From positions 1 through 64,000 of the forward strand of contig JBPGPT010000003.1 of NCBI GenBank assembly GCA_051047955.1: DNA of 64,000 bases. The letters run 5' to 3'. Made by a program: the position numbers and the translations under genes. The notes under the pieces were generated by a model. It was given only the letters and a program-made list of their open reading frames with translations, searched no databases and had not been told where the DNA came from. The stretch is from Cystobasidiomycetes sp. EMM_F5 (taxonomy: Eukaryota). Shown in pieces: positions 52,429-64,000 of this stretch (within the stretch, counting starts at the first letter, position 1; each line of letters begins with the position of its first letter).

Positions 52429-54257
52429 TCATGCCCCATTAGATAGCTGATTGTTACTAGACGCAGTCGCCTGTCTCCACGAATGCGCGACTGCGAGGCG
52501 TGATACTGGTCTTGATTCCGGTGCTTGCTTGCGGCTTTTAACATCATACGTCGACCCGTCTGCAAGCCTGTTTAGTGTGGAGGAGGACACAGCCCGGCCG
52601 AAATTGCCTTGTCGAGGAGCTGAGATATTGGATGCAGCTACGGGCATCGCTATTGCACCAATACCAGATCCGTTCAGGTAAAATAGGCCAGCTCGATTCA
52701 TGGAATGTGCAGCGGCTTTGCTGTGAGGTGAGTATTCCAGCGAGATGACACGCAACTTGCTTTCTGGGTGAGAATCGGGATTGATTGGCTCATTGAGCTG
52801 CAGGAGCGTTGCCAACCGTCGACCAATTGCATTGATGTTCTCAAAGTCACACCCTTCGCGGATCCAAAGCTGTAGCTTGTAGACTTTGGGCCGCGTTGAC
52901 ACAACCGCCCCGCATATGTAGTCGTTCAAATTGTCGAAGTCCTCCCCAATCTGCACGTACAATTGCGACTCGTCAGCATGAAAACATTGCTGTGTGCAAG
53001 GGTGAGAACATACGAGTGCAAAGCAAAGCCACTTCCAAGCTCGATTGGCTCCTTCGAAAGTCGAAGCGTCAATCTTGAGAGTCCACCGCCCGCCAGCTTT
53101 GTTCTTAGGGTCTTCCCACATCGGTCGGATGCCATCCTTGAACAGGTATAGATTTTCATGCATTGCCATGCGAGACGGACCCTTTAGCCAGTTGAAGAGC
53201 CGGCAGAATGATTCAATAGAGCCAACCTCAGCTACGGTGACGAGTCCAGCTTCGAAGTCGTCTTTGTTATTGCCCGCAGAGCGACGTGCGTATGTTGACT
53301 TGCATGCATTTCCAGCATTTGAGTTTTTGCCATCATAGTACAGAACCCAGACGTGCTGCAGTAGATGGCCGTTCATCGCACCTGATGTCATTGCATCGGT
53401 GCCCGTGTCGGCCGGGCTTTCAGGATCGGACTTTGTGCACGACTTCTCGACAAGAGGTTCTGCATCCGTGCAAGTACCAGAGTCGTCTGCTGTAGTCGCT
53501 TCAATGTCTTTCTCATTCGATGACAGAGTCGCAACCTGATGACTAGGCTGTTCGACTAATGAGGCTTGGGGTATGGCTACGTTTGTGCGGCAGTCAAATA
53601 AACAACGCCTGTTACAATTGTAATTGAGCTCACATACCTTCAGCGAGCAGAGGCACCACAGTGGAGATAGAATTCTTCCGTTGGCAGACTCTTTCGCTCA
53701 GAGTCTGCAAACTTGGCAATGTTGCTAATTTCTGGGTCACGCAGGCAGACTGCTCAGCAGATGGTCCATCTTCCATGGTCACCGTCGAATTGCTAGACAT
53801 GCGTTCCATCCTGGCTCCAAGACGAGAAGGGCGTCGCAGACGCGGTTCTGTTGACGTGATGAGATGAACTGGCGGTTTATGAAAATGTAAAATTGAGAGA
53901 GGCTTACCTGATGCTTGATCTGAGGCATTGGGGAAGTGTCCATCGTCCACCTCCACTGCTCGATTTTCGGAGATTGCAGTCGATTGAGTGGTAGTGTCGC
54001 CTTGCGCAGATTCATCTGTGTTGTTGAAAGAGGCATCTGGTGTGGCTTCAGTAGAATCTTCATGTCTTCTGTGTTGTCATGACGAAACATCAGCAGCCGG
54101 GCACTTGTCAGGCAGAGTGGGAAAACCATTAGCCAGCAACGCACCGACGACCAAAGGTTTGTGCAATCTGCATTAAGGACGGCGGTCTCTTCGAAATGCT
54201 GCCGACGTGACTCCGCTGGCTGCCATTAGCAGTGGCGGGCGTGTTTGACACGGTCAT
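52429..54257 (-). CDS. eIF4E-family cap-binding protein (class II/4EHP-like) with a long N-terminal extension
   Basis: HLLQHVWVLYYD, LFKDGIRPMWEDPKNKAGGRW, ICGAVVSTRP, LQLW. The upstream exons (start MTVSNT) are less certain. Confidence 0.88.
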
Positions 54258-54482
54258 TCGAAGGAGCAGTGAGAAGGATACGATAGGCTGGAAGCGAGTG
54301 GTGAATGAACGAGTAAGTACGCGTCGCTGTGAGAGTTTAGCAAACACGACGGCCGTCTGGTCAGAAGTCAACCCGTATGTTTGCGCAGTGCTCCTCCTTG
54401 TCAACCCTGAGCGCCACACCAGGTCCGAGAGTCGCGAAATGGGTAGTTTTACAATATGACAGCTCTCGTTCTGCTTCCTCCT

Positions 54483-55521
54483 CTACAGTCGCGACTTCGC
54501 ACAAAGCTTCTCAAGTGCCTTGACTGTATTCTCCTTTTCCTCCTTGACCAGCTTTGATATATTCCGAAACTGGGGATGTGAGGCATCGACTGTGATGTGG
54601 AAGACGCTGCCTCAGTATGTGCACACGCGAATTAAGAAAAAGATCACTCGCCCATCAACTGGAAGAGCAGACTTTCCGTCGTGGTGACTTTTGCGCCAGC
54701 CTGCCGCAGCCTTTCGAGCGCAATTGGCACTTCCTGCGCATTGCAAGATGATACCGCATCTGCTACGATATGGACATCCAGCCCGCGTTCCAAACCTGTC
54801 GATTCAAAGCAACATCAGTTCCTGATAGGTTTGATCAAAATGAATCTTGGCAAACAATCCAACGCTGTCTGCAAAACACAGACATGGCTCTTGAAGGAGA
54901 GAATTGCGCGTGCAGGGATTCAGCAAATGACAGACGTATATGCGTGTGTACTCACCTCGATACCGAAAATCGCTACGCTGACTACGCCGTTCTTCGACAG
55001 GCTTTCCGAAACCTCCGGTATCAACATGGAAAACAAGGTTTTGCCTAGAGGCCGTCCAAGTGGTTGCAGCTCGGTAGGGAGTTCAGCCAGCCCTAGCTCC
55101 GATACTGTACTGCCGAGAGCGTGCTAAGCCAAATGTTACACGTTGGAGAAGAAGCACGATTCGGTAGACCAAGACGCAGTCGGAGAAAACACGCAGGTGG
55201 TGATTTGCGAATGCAAACGATAAGCATATTCAGAAGTACAGATAAGTCAGGATATGACCTATCTTTGGGTTCTGCTCCGTAGCGTATACTGGGATACGAA
55301 GAATTCCGGCTGCCTTGACCAGCTTTGTTCCGGCTAGACACATTTCGTTGAAGCCATAGATTGCGGTGCGAAAGCGATCTTGCTGTAGATATTTCCATTC
55401 CTCAGTCACTCTCCCTTGTAGCCGGCGGGGAATCACCGGAGGAGAGGCAGCGTACAATATCGCATAGCAGGAAAGCCGTCTTGTCTGGCTTGATCTTGAA
55501 GGAGGAAGAGCTCGTCGACAT
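54483..55521 (-). CDS. Isochorismatase-like hydrolase (ISOC2-like)
   Basis: TAFLLCDIQDRFR, ATEQNPK, KTLFSM, VVLFGIESHVCVLQTALD, DAVSS. Ends AKSRL*. Confidence 0.9.
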
Positions 55522-55656
55522 AGCTGAAGCTTGCAATATCGGCGCAACGAGTGAGTGTGGACCAACACTAGTAGTAGCGACACGTTGTAAAATGATCGGA
55601 GTGTCACACAAAGTCCATTCTGCAGCAATGCGAGACTTGACAGAAAGCAGGAAGCT

Positions 55657-56794
55657 ATGCCCGTTGTTCCACTCGTCGTCGCGACGCTCACGAAAGGATT
55701 GGTCTATTCTCTGAGTTCCAGCGTACAAGTAGAAGGCCTGGAAAATTTACTGGAAGCGCTCCGGAAAGGCAAAGGCGTGTTGACTGGTGGGATAGATATT
55801 CTTCACTATGTTTCGTATAGCTGACGTTCTAACGCCCGTATCACACAGTCTCAAACCACATTTCCGTCATTGATGAGCCATCAGCATTGTCTGTCGCGCT
55901 ACCCTGGCGATATTTACTCGATGCAAAGACAACGCGCTGGACGATGGCAGCAGCAGATGTTTGCTTCACTAACCCGTGCATTACTACATCTTCCCTCGCA
56001 CGTACACCGACATCGAAGCTGACATTTCGCGACCTCTTAGCGCATCGCGGGCTTTCTTCAACGCTGGACAAGTTATCGAAACGTTCCGCTCGAAGCACGA
56101 TCCCGAAAGGGCAGGCATTTACCAAATCGCTGTAGACCGTGCTATAGAGAAAGTAAGTGCGGTAGCTGTATGGATTGGCACGTTATTCAATAACAGTTTG
56201 TTGCATCATTATCATCATCTGCCATGCCAGCTCGACAAGGGCTTATGGCTACATATCTTCCCCGAAGCATTCGTAAACCAACACCCCGAGAAGGAGCTCC
56301 TTCGTTTTCGGTGGGGCGTCTCCAGAATTCTGATGGAGACAACGGGACAACCCGAAATTATCCCAATGTGGTTAGAAGGTGGGTAAATCAATGCGATCTA
56401 CACGCAAATCTAAGGCTAGATCACAGGTTTCGACACACTCATGCCGGAACCTCGTGATTTTCCTCGCTTTGTCCCACGATTCTGGCGTGGCGCGCGTATA
56501 CGCATAGTGTTCGGCGAACCGATCACTGGTCGTGTACAAGATCTGGTTCAGGAGTATCAGCGCGAACGAGAGAAGTCTCACATAGCTGTAGCCAGTTCAA
56601 TTGTCGACAGCCTGTCTACACCTACGATAGCTCTTTACGATCCGGTAGATGGGCAGACAAAGCTTCGGCCTCGACCACCAAATTACGAGGGAGACACTCT
56701 GCTCGCGAAGGAGTTCCGGACAAAAATTGCAGCGGTCCTGAAAGAAGAGGTCGAGAAGCTAGGGCGCTCAATGGGAAAGAAAACGCCAACATAA
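55657..56794 (+). CDS. TAZ1: Tafazzin (cardiolipin transacylase)
   Basis: LTVSNHISVIDEP (HxxxxD), RWTMAAADVCFTN, GIYQ, WLHIFPE, FRWGVSRI, IIPMWLEG. Confidence 0.92.
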
Positions 56795-57097
56795 CGATTG
56801 ACACTCTTCGCTTGGCTGGAAGGCACCTGCTGTAACATCGGTCGTGATCCTGCTCCCCAAAAAAAAGCGCAGATCTGTTCAGATTCGCCATGCTACTGGC
56901 ATAGCATTCAGCAGTCTCTCCCATCGAGATCATGAGGGTCTCAGCCAGCGGTCACCTGAAGGACAGCCGGCTCGGTCGCCCCGCCTCTACTTCGATCACA
57001 TGCCACAGCTGCAGAAATTCGGCGCAGCAAGCAACAGCAGGCAGGCCTCGCGGTAACTATTCTCTCGACGTGTAGCCTTCGTTATCCCATCAGTGTC

Positions 57098-58741
57098 ATG
57101 TCCAATGTCGACGCAGTCATCGGTGCTATATCAATAGGGAAGTGAGTTGGCTATGGAGTCTGTTTATTTATCGTGACAGGTGATCGAAAACTGAAGTCTA
57201 TGCTTGCCCTGACTTGCTAAAAGCTGGATCAATTGCGGGTGCGCTGGCTTTGTTATAGGCATCTCTTCAATGGAAGGTCTCGGGGTCCTAATTTTTGCGC
57301 ATTGTCCTCGTCAGGCTATACGCAAGCGTGTTGCATTCGGCCTGGTTTTATTTCCGAACATACAGGAAGGATAGTTGGAAGATCAAGGTTCTGGTCGCGG
57401 CGCTCCTTTTCAACGACACAATCTGCTCTATTGTCAACTGTATCTCCGTATACTTGTGAGCTCCGTGCGTACCGGCTCGAACATACAAAGTGCTTAAACA
57501 AAGCGATAGTTACACAGTGACGAGCTTTGGCGATACACAAGCTATCCTTCAGATCAATTGGGCCTTCATCGTTCTCGCGATCAGTGTCGGAGTGTCGTCA
57601 CTATTGTGCCAAGGCTTCTTGATATGGAGACTTACAAAGCTCGTCAGGAAATGGTGGATTATAATACCGCTGGCCGCTCTCGCCTTGACGTGTTTCGGAT
57701 CAACTTGCTATGGCGCGTATCTATTTGACAAGTACCCAAGATTCGACCAGCGGCAATGTAAGCCGTGTTCGAACTTTTGACACTCAAGGCCATTCAGCAA
57801 GTTGATTTTTAATGCCTCTTGTAATCCAGATCTAGCTACACTCATCACTCTCTGGGCCGCGGCTGAGGCGGCCGCGGATGTCGCAGTGTGTCTTAGGTCC
57901 TATGCGTGATCTGCTTCTCCCCGGGCTGAAGGCAACCTCGCAGATCAACGGTGTCCTTATGGGTTATCTATACATTCAAGGGAGAAAGACAGAGTTTGGG
58001 GCAACGAAACGGTGAGCTGATTTACTACGTGTAGCACAACCGTACTGAAACAGATTTGTGCATTTGATGCCCAGACTTGTCTTGCGTCTCTCCCTGTTGG
58101 CATTGTGCGACAAAGTCACGGCGCTTTTGCTAAATACGGAAGCTGATTACATTCGCGCCTCAGTCATTCTGGCGCTGCGCCGAGCATATGTGCTCTCCTG
58201 GTTCTTATCTTTTTCCGCGTCATGCTCAATACGGACGCATCCGTTGCAGCGGCATTCTGCATTGGCCGCATATACTCGTTGACATTGCTATCCAAGTACG
58301 TAAGACTCATATTCCCCACCCAATTACGGCATGCCGCTGACCTCTTGCACCGTTGTACCCAGCCTGAACTCACGCAACGTCCCTGTCACTACTATACGAT
58401 CGACTCAATTCGATTCCGATGCGCGCCCCGTCAGCAATTCACAACATGTCTACTTTCCGAGCTCTCGACTCAGTAAATCAGCTATGGATCACGACATCGT
58501 TCTTGACCTTGATGGAATGGACGAAGTAGGTGTCTGCAAAGAGCCGCCGACGACACTTCCAGTCATCATTGTTCAGAGCGCTACGACCCCGAGTCTTGCT
58601 ATCGGGCATACAAAGGATGAACAAGATTCCGAGCACGATATAGAGTATGCGGGTAGCGCGACGGGAATTTCAGCTCTTGATAATCCGCCAAAAGAACAAA
58701 ATGTCGAGGCTGTCCATGATCTAGGCGGACACTTGCCATGA
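57098..58741 (+). CDS. Multi-pass membrane protein, DUF6534 family
   Basis: About 7 hydrophobic segments, CQGFLIWR, AAADV, GRIYSLTLL..LNSR. Many small exons. Confidence 0.75.
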
Positions 58742-58887
58742 CAGTTATAGTAAGCAGTGGACGCTTGCTCGGCGGTCGGCAGCTCGTGTTACACATAATC
58801 TATCGCATTCCTGTACGCTTTGGCAGGTGTAATGACATAGTACTCCGTATTTCATGACCTAGGAGCAGTGACCGTGACCGGCGTGTA

Positions 58888-59015
58888 TCGTATAGCACAT
58901 GTGCAGTCATATCGTTTAGTGGACAATTCTGTATGTTCAGCTGTCATCATACGGAATCCGCGGTCGAGTCGCCTCTGGCTCAACCCAGCCGCCAGGTCCC
59001 GTCAGGTCGTGCGAT
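58888..59015. promoter_or_regulatory. Candidate sterol-responsive elements upstream of ERG25
   Basis: TCGTATA 58888-58894, TCGTTTAG 58912-58919, ATCATACGGA 58946-58955, GTCGTGCGAT about 59006-59015. Confidence 0.4.
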
Positions 59016-59128
59016 ATTTGCCACTTTGATCTGTGGTGTTCCGAGGCAAACTTGCGAAGACCGTACAGGCTTCCCTTTGGATCCATACATCCCTTGGTCT
59101 GAGCAGCTCTGCACAGGGAGGCATCACT

Positions 59129-60594
59129 ATGGCGTCCCAGATTGTACAATCGCTGGGCAGCGTGGTCAACACAACGGTATCGGCAGCGGCGGGCGTTCTC
59201 GAAGGAGCGACTCTGTCAAGCGCGCTCAAAGCCACACAAGCTCCGCATCACCTGTACGCTGGACATGACTGGAGCAGTCTCAACCTTCTCGAACAGTGGT
59301 GGGCGCGATGGGTGAGTGGCCGCACTTGCACCCTTATGGGCAATTTTCTAGAGATGTCAAAGTGCATTATTGGGAAAATGCAGGCTGACAATCGCGGTAT
59401 GCTCGTCTTCTTTCGCTTCAACAGTACATGTGAGCGAGAATTGGGAGCTGTGTCGCGAGAGTTCCCATCTTAATTGGTTGATTTTGCGATCTCTCTAGGT
59501 GGATCGATGACCCTGTGCTCGCTACTGGAATTATGTCCTTCATTCTGCACGAAGTCACCTACTTTGGAAGATGTATTCCGTGGATTATTGTCGACAGAGT
59601 GCCATATTTCCGCAAATATAAGCTTCAAGACGAGAAGATTCCGACGCCAGCGGAACAATGGAAGTGCACGAAATACGTCTTGATGACACACTTTACGGTC
59701 GAATTGCCGCAAATATGGGGCTTTGGACCCATCTGCGAATACTTTGGCATGCTCACCCATCATGTGCCTTTCCCGTCCTGGAAGGCCATGACTGCTCAAA
59801 TACTGCTCTTTTTTGTGTTTGAGGATGCATTCCACTACTGGTGCGTCCGCATCAATCAATTGCTATCTGATCGAGACTCATTCATTCTGCATCTTCAGGG
59901 CGCACCGGGCACTACACTGGGGACCATTATACAAGCATATTCACAAGCTGCACCACTCCTTCTCGGCGTTCGTCGCGTTGTAGCTCCGTGAAGCAGGCGC
60001 TGGCTAAAGTGTTTCATATGCAGCCCTTTCGGCTTAGCTACAGAGTATGCTCACCCCCTGGAAGTCCTCATATTGGGGACTGGCACTGTTGGTAAGCAAT
60101 CGTCCGCATCAGAGGCGGATCGGGGCACTGACATGACTCTCACAGGCGGTCCAATGCTATACACTTACCTCAGCGGCGGCAATTTCCATATCATCACCAT
60201 GGTTCGTTGAGTCAAATTGTAGCTGGCTTCCTGGCTGACATTCTCATTGCTTCCCAGTATATCTGGATCACTCTACGCCTTTTCCAAGCCGTAGACGCTC
60301 ACTCAGGCTATGATTTCCCTTGGTCATTGCGTAATATCTTGCCTTTCTGGGCTGGCGCCGACCATCATGACTATCATCACGTTCGTTGCGTCCATGCAGA
60401 TTGTCTACTCTACATTTGCTGACTATGTCCACCTACAGGAGGCCTTCACAGGCTGCTACTCCACCAGCTTCAGATGGTGGGATCACATGTTTGGTACCGA
60501 CAAGGGTTACAAGGCAAAGCGGGAGAGGCAAAGGAATGCTAGAGCTGCAAAGGCGGCGGCGGCTGCCGGAGGCGCGACCAAGAAGACGCAGTAA
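59129..60594 (+). CDS. ERG25: C-4 methylsterol oxidase
   Basis: [21 protein letters not shown]; His boxes [30 protein letters not shown]. Confidence 0.96.
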
Positions 60595-60933
60595 CAGCCC
60601 GACACGCGAAGCATGCTCTACGATACCGTTAGAATGTCGTCATTCTCGTTAGTTCTCAAGCATTGTGCATTTATTGCAGTAATCTGTTGTATGAGCTCAT
60701 TTCTGAACGCAATATGCATGTCGATACCGCAGAGGTACAGTTCAATGCTAATATCCCGTCATTGTCCTGAATTTTGTTGCATATCGGACCCCTTCAAACA
60801 GCCAAACATATTTTTGCGTCCGGCTTCGGTCTTCGCTCAAACGCTGAACAAACAATCCAGCAACATTCGGTCATGGTGAGAGACGGACGCTAGCGGGCCT
60901 TTCCTCCAGACGTACTGATACGCGTACTCCATC

Positions 60934-61321
60934 ATGGGTAACATCAAACGACGAATGTCAATCAAGGACAAGCTGAAGAAGATTGAACACGCGCTGTTTG
61001 AGAGCGGCGACCACAAGGCGGGACCGGATAGCGATGCAGCAAACGCGCAGCGTGATGCAGATGCTCAGAGAAGATTAGAAATGATGCAAAGTGAGTGCTC
61101 TTGTTTGCCGTATTCGAGTGCGCTTCAGCCCGAACGCGTCCAAACGTCATGTTTTGGATCTGACTGACCGGTGCGCACCCTACTTGTTAGAACACCCGAA
61201 TGAAGCGCCGTCGGGGTACGGTACAAATTTGAAACATGGGGAGCTCTCCACTGTCCCTAAAGCTGCGGATGCTGGCATTGACAATTACCACATGCAGCAC
61301 GTCGAACCGACAATCGCGTAA
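60934..61321 (+). CDS. Small hydrophilic hypothetical protein (about 95 aa)
   Basis: Two ORF segments join in frame through intron 61091-61190 (GTGAGT...CTGAC...TTAG). Confidence 0.6.
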
Positions 61322-61527
61322 GCACGCTAGATGCACATCACCTCACGACCTATGTTGACGACGAATGACAGCCGACACCATGCTGCAGACAATACAGCGC
61401 TTCGCCCAGGCTCCCAAGAACAAGCCGAAGGCGATGGGACTGCGGGGGATGACCTGGCCATTTAGTCTCGTAGCTGTGATAGCAGTAATTCCCTCGTGCT
61501 GTCATACTCTTGGAGTACTGTAGTAGC

Positions 61528-62712
61528 CTATGCACCCTCGTCCTTCAGTCGACGCTCCGTTTCTTCCCTTAGTTTCCGCAATGCATCGACCTTCTCTTCC
61601 TTGGTCGCGTCGAACGCGACTGTAGCTTGATTGAACGGATTCGAAGGATCGCGTTTGAAGTCTTTGAATAGAACTTCTTCGTATTGCTGAAGACGCAATC
61701 CAGGACGTTCTTTTCTTAATATCGGTAATTCCCGCTCCTTGTACGCTGCAAACGCAGCCTTGAACCTCCTTTCTGGATGAGACTGTGAGGACAATATACC
61801 ATCAATCACCAAGCGCTGTGCTCAGAAGCAGTGTCAGATGACTTACATCAATCTGCCCTGCTCGCGACCCCACGGAGGCTTTGTCTTGCTTTTCGTTGAC
61901 GAGTGAGAGCAATGAGAGGGCATCGTCCTGGAGATAGCTCGTTAGCCTATGCTGTACTGGCAGAAATGAACAACTCACAATGTTGCTTGCACTGAAGCTG
62001 TCTATTGGCTCGTGCAACGCTTCTTCAAATGAGGGGATGTCGCCGCGCTTTGGCGTGCTAGGAAGTGAATCTCGAGGTGTTTGAGAACCACTTCCCGAGG
62101 GAGATTGCGTGGCTGCTGCTGCGGGCACCGTCTTTTTGACGGGTTTTGACCCAGCTTTGGCTACAGGTTTAGGCTTCGAAGCTGTTGCTGCCTCTTCTTC
62201 CGCAAGCAAGCGATCCCTTTCGGCTTTGGCATCTTTCGCAGCGGCAGCTTTCGCTTTCGCATCTATGCCTTTCTCTTTCTTGGCTCCCTTGTCCCATTCC
62301 GCAGCTTCTACAGCGTCCTGTTGTGGCGACGGTCATAGTATTGAACGTCAAATTATGGTAAGCCAGCCTATGGACAGACACGCACCTTGGTAGCGTCATT
62401 CTTTGCTTTCTTGTCGTTTTCCCGCTGCGTCGGAGTTCCGCAAATATCAGGTCATTCGCTTCGCATGTTTGGTCGCCTCTGCGGTTGCTACAGAACTTAC
62501 ACTAGCTTTCGCTTCCTGTGGCATTGGCCGTCAGATTTCATAACATACGTAGAATCAGTCATCAGCCTACTCTAGCGGCTTGAGCTCTACCAGAGGACGG
62601 TTCGGTCAAGCGTAGTTTGCAGTGTCAGCGTGGCTAACCAGCTCAAAGCGCCGCAGCTTGGACAGTCTCTGGGCTGCATTCAGACGTACTTTGCGTTTCC
62701 TTTGGGTGCCAT
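61528..62712 (-). CDS. CCDC124/Lso2 (DUF1014) ribosome hibernation factor
   Basis: MAPKGNAKAQAAREAKAS... assembled from small exons; ASNIDDALSLL; HPERRFKAAF; PGLRLQQY; NPFNQ. Confidence 0.9.
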
Positions 62713-62874
62713 GCGGCCGGTAGCACAGGCCTAGTAGGGCGCGATTGGATTGAGGCAGAGAAAGTGTGGTCACCGGAGCAAACATACATCCTCAAGATGC
62801 CTCTCATAAGCAATGCGAAATCTGACTCGTGGATAGTTTACTGTTCAACCGTGTACTCTCCGCAAGAATAATGC

Positions 62875-64000
62875 CTACGACAAATCGCAAACGAACAAAG
62901 CGGACGTTGTAATGCCGGTAAGGTAGAGCTTTCCTTTATACAGCTGAGCATTAGTGGTACCGGGTGTAACTTCGCCTGGATCTGCAAAGATACGTTTTGT
63001 AACGTACTTATGGCCATAGAAGCTGTCACAGTCGACCGTCAGTCATTCGCGCAAGCACACAACGTCCCGGGTCATCGGGCTTACCTTCCTTCTCCCGTGT
63101 TATTACTGACCTTCCACACCTCAGTCGCGCTCGGTCCACTGCCTATAACAGCTCTAGCGATGAAAGGCTTGACTATCGGGATCGTTGCGGCGATGATGCT
63201 GCCATGCTCGTCGACTTGTATATTGTCAATCGCTCTACCCAATTCGGCGACCGTCTCCACTTCATGCAATAAACCATCGGCGTCTGCACTCAGCGACAAG
63301 ATACGCCCAGTCGCTACTGATCCGACATATATGGAGGGATAGGGCGAGTCCGAGGATGGTCCACGAGCAATGCCGTTTGGATACAAGAGGCCAGTAAACG
63401 CTTCTATGCATCCATGAGATCCTGAGCCGGCTTCACCAAAACTGCAATAGACTATCGAGCTATGACCTGTAGGTAGTGATAGTATGTAAGACTGGCGGAC
63501 CTTTGGTTGCCAGACAGTACACAATTACAATCAGTGGACCACTTGAATCAATGCAGATCAAATCTTACCAAGCCTGTCTTTGCGGGATGATCGTTCGTAA
63601 CATAAAAGCTCCCATGACCTGTGGCCACTATGTTATTGGGCGTCAAGATTAGTCTGTCGCGGATAGTCTTGACATGTTTCCACCTTGTCTCGCCTAGCCT
63701 GCTTTCGAATACTTCGATCGTAGACTCCGCGCCATGCTTGTGGACGTCCCCCAAGGCGATGCCTTGCGGAACAGCGTGATTATTTAGGAAGAATGTTACC
63801 TTCTTTGAATCTACTGGATCTACAAAGCCATCGATTCCGTGTAAATGTAGCTTCTCAAGGTGGGGTGGTCGATTCAGAATCTCAATTGGCTTCACCAAAC
63901 CCGAAGATGTATCATAGATGTAGACGGTATCGGAAGGGAGGCTATCCACTTTTGAGGCATTTAGATGATCCATTGCGGGGACCCAAGCCATCCGGGATTC
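62875..64000 (-). CDS. Paraoxonase/arylesterase-like six-bladed beta-propeller (5' end outside the window)
   Basis: LHGID, PNNIVA, FYVTNDH, YPNGIA, IDNI; C-terminus KLYLTGI...FVCDLS*. Confidence 0.85.

Noticed and set aside
1052..62712. Co-occurrence of RPA135, RPC31, TFIIS, eIF3a, eIF4E and CCDC124 as a gene-expression cluster
   Set aside because: Interspersed with unrelated genes; compatible with chance in a compact genome.
1..64000. CRISPR arrays, tRNA/rRNA genes, transposons, prokaryotic-type systems
   Set aside because: No repeat arrays, terminal repeats, transposase/RT motifs or RNA-gene signatures were seen by eye; tRNAscan-SE and Rfam searches would be needed to exclude small RNAs.

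Overview
Compact, intron-rich fungal genomic DNA, most likely a basidiomycete (inferred from short GT/GC-AG introns with CTRAY branch points, a DUF6534 protein, and the basidiomycete-style eIF4E2 and Hac1). It holds about 28 protein-coding genes: NUDIX hydrolase, RPA135, CCH1, DUF4267, eIF3a, a DNAJB12-like J protein, a single-pass membrane protein, two tandem DHA2 MFS transporters, Gfo/Idh/MocA oxidoreductase, RPC31, histidine acid phosphatase, GH76, a Cys-rich orphan, a HAC1-like bZIP, inositol polyphosphate 5-phosphatase, ACS-family MFS permease, AMT/MEP, beta-tubulin, NAD-dependent epimerase, TFIIS, class II eIF4E, isochorismatase, tafazzin, DUF6534, ERG25, a small orphan, CCDC124/Lso2 and a partial paraoxonase-like gene. 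I saw no rRNA, tRNA, CRISPR array or transposon. The notable signals concern RNA processing: a 1-nt exon in beta-tubulin, a 2-nt exon and a candidate zero-length (recursive) splice point in the ACS permease, a 193-nt AG-free zone behind a distant branch point in the J-protein gene, longer branch-point-to-AG spacing ahead of micro-exons, and a HAC1-like gene with an out-of-frame acidic ORF, atypical Ire1-like stem-loops and UPRE motifs. All gene models were assembled by eye and need RNA-seq confirmation.
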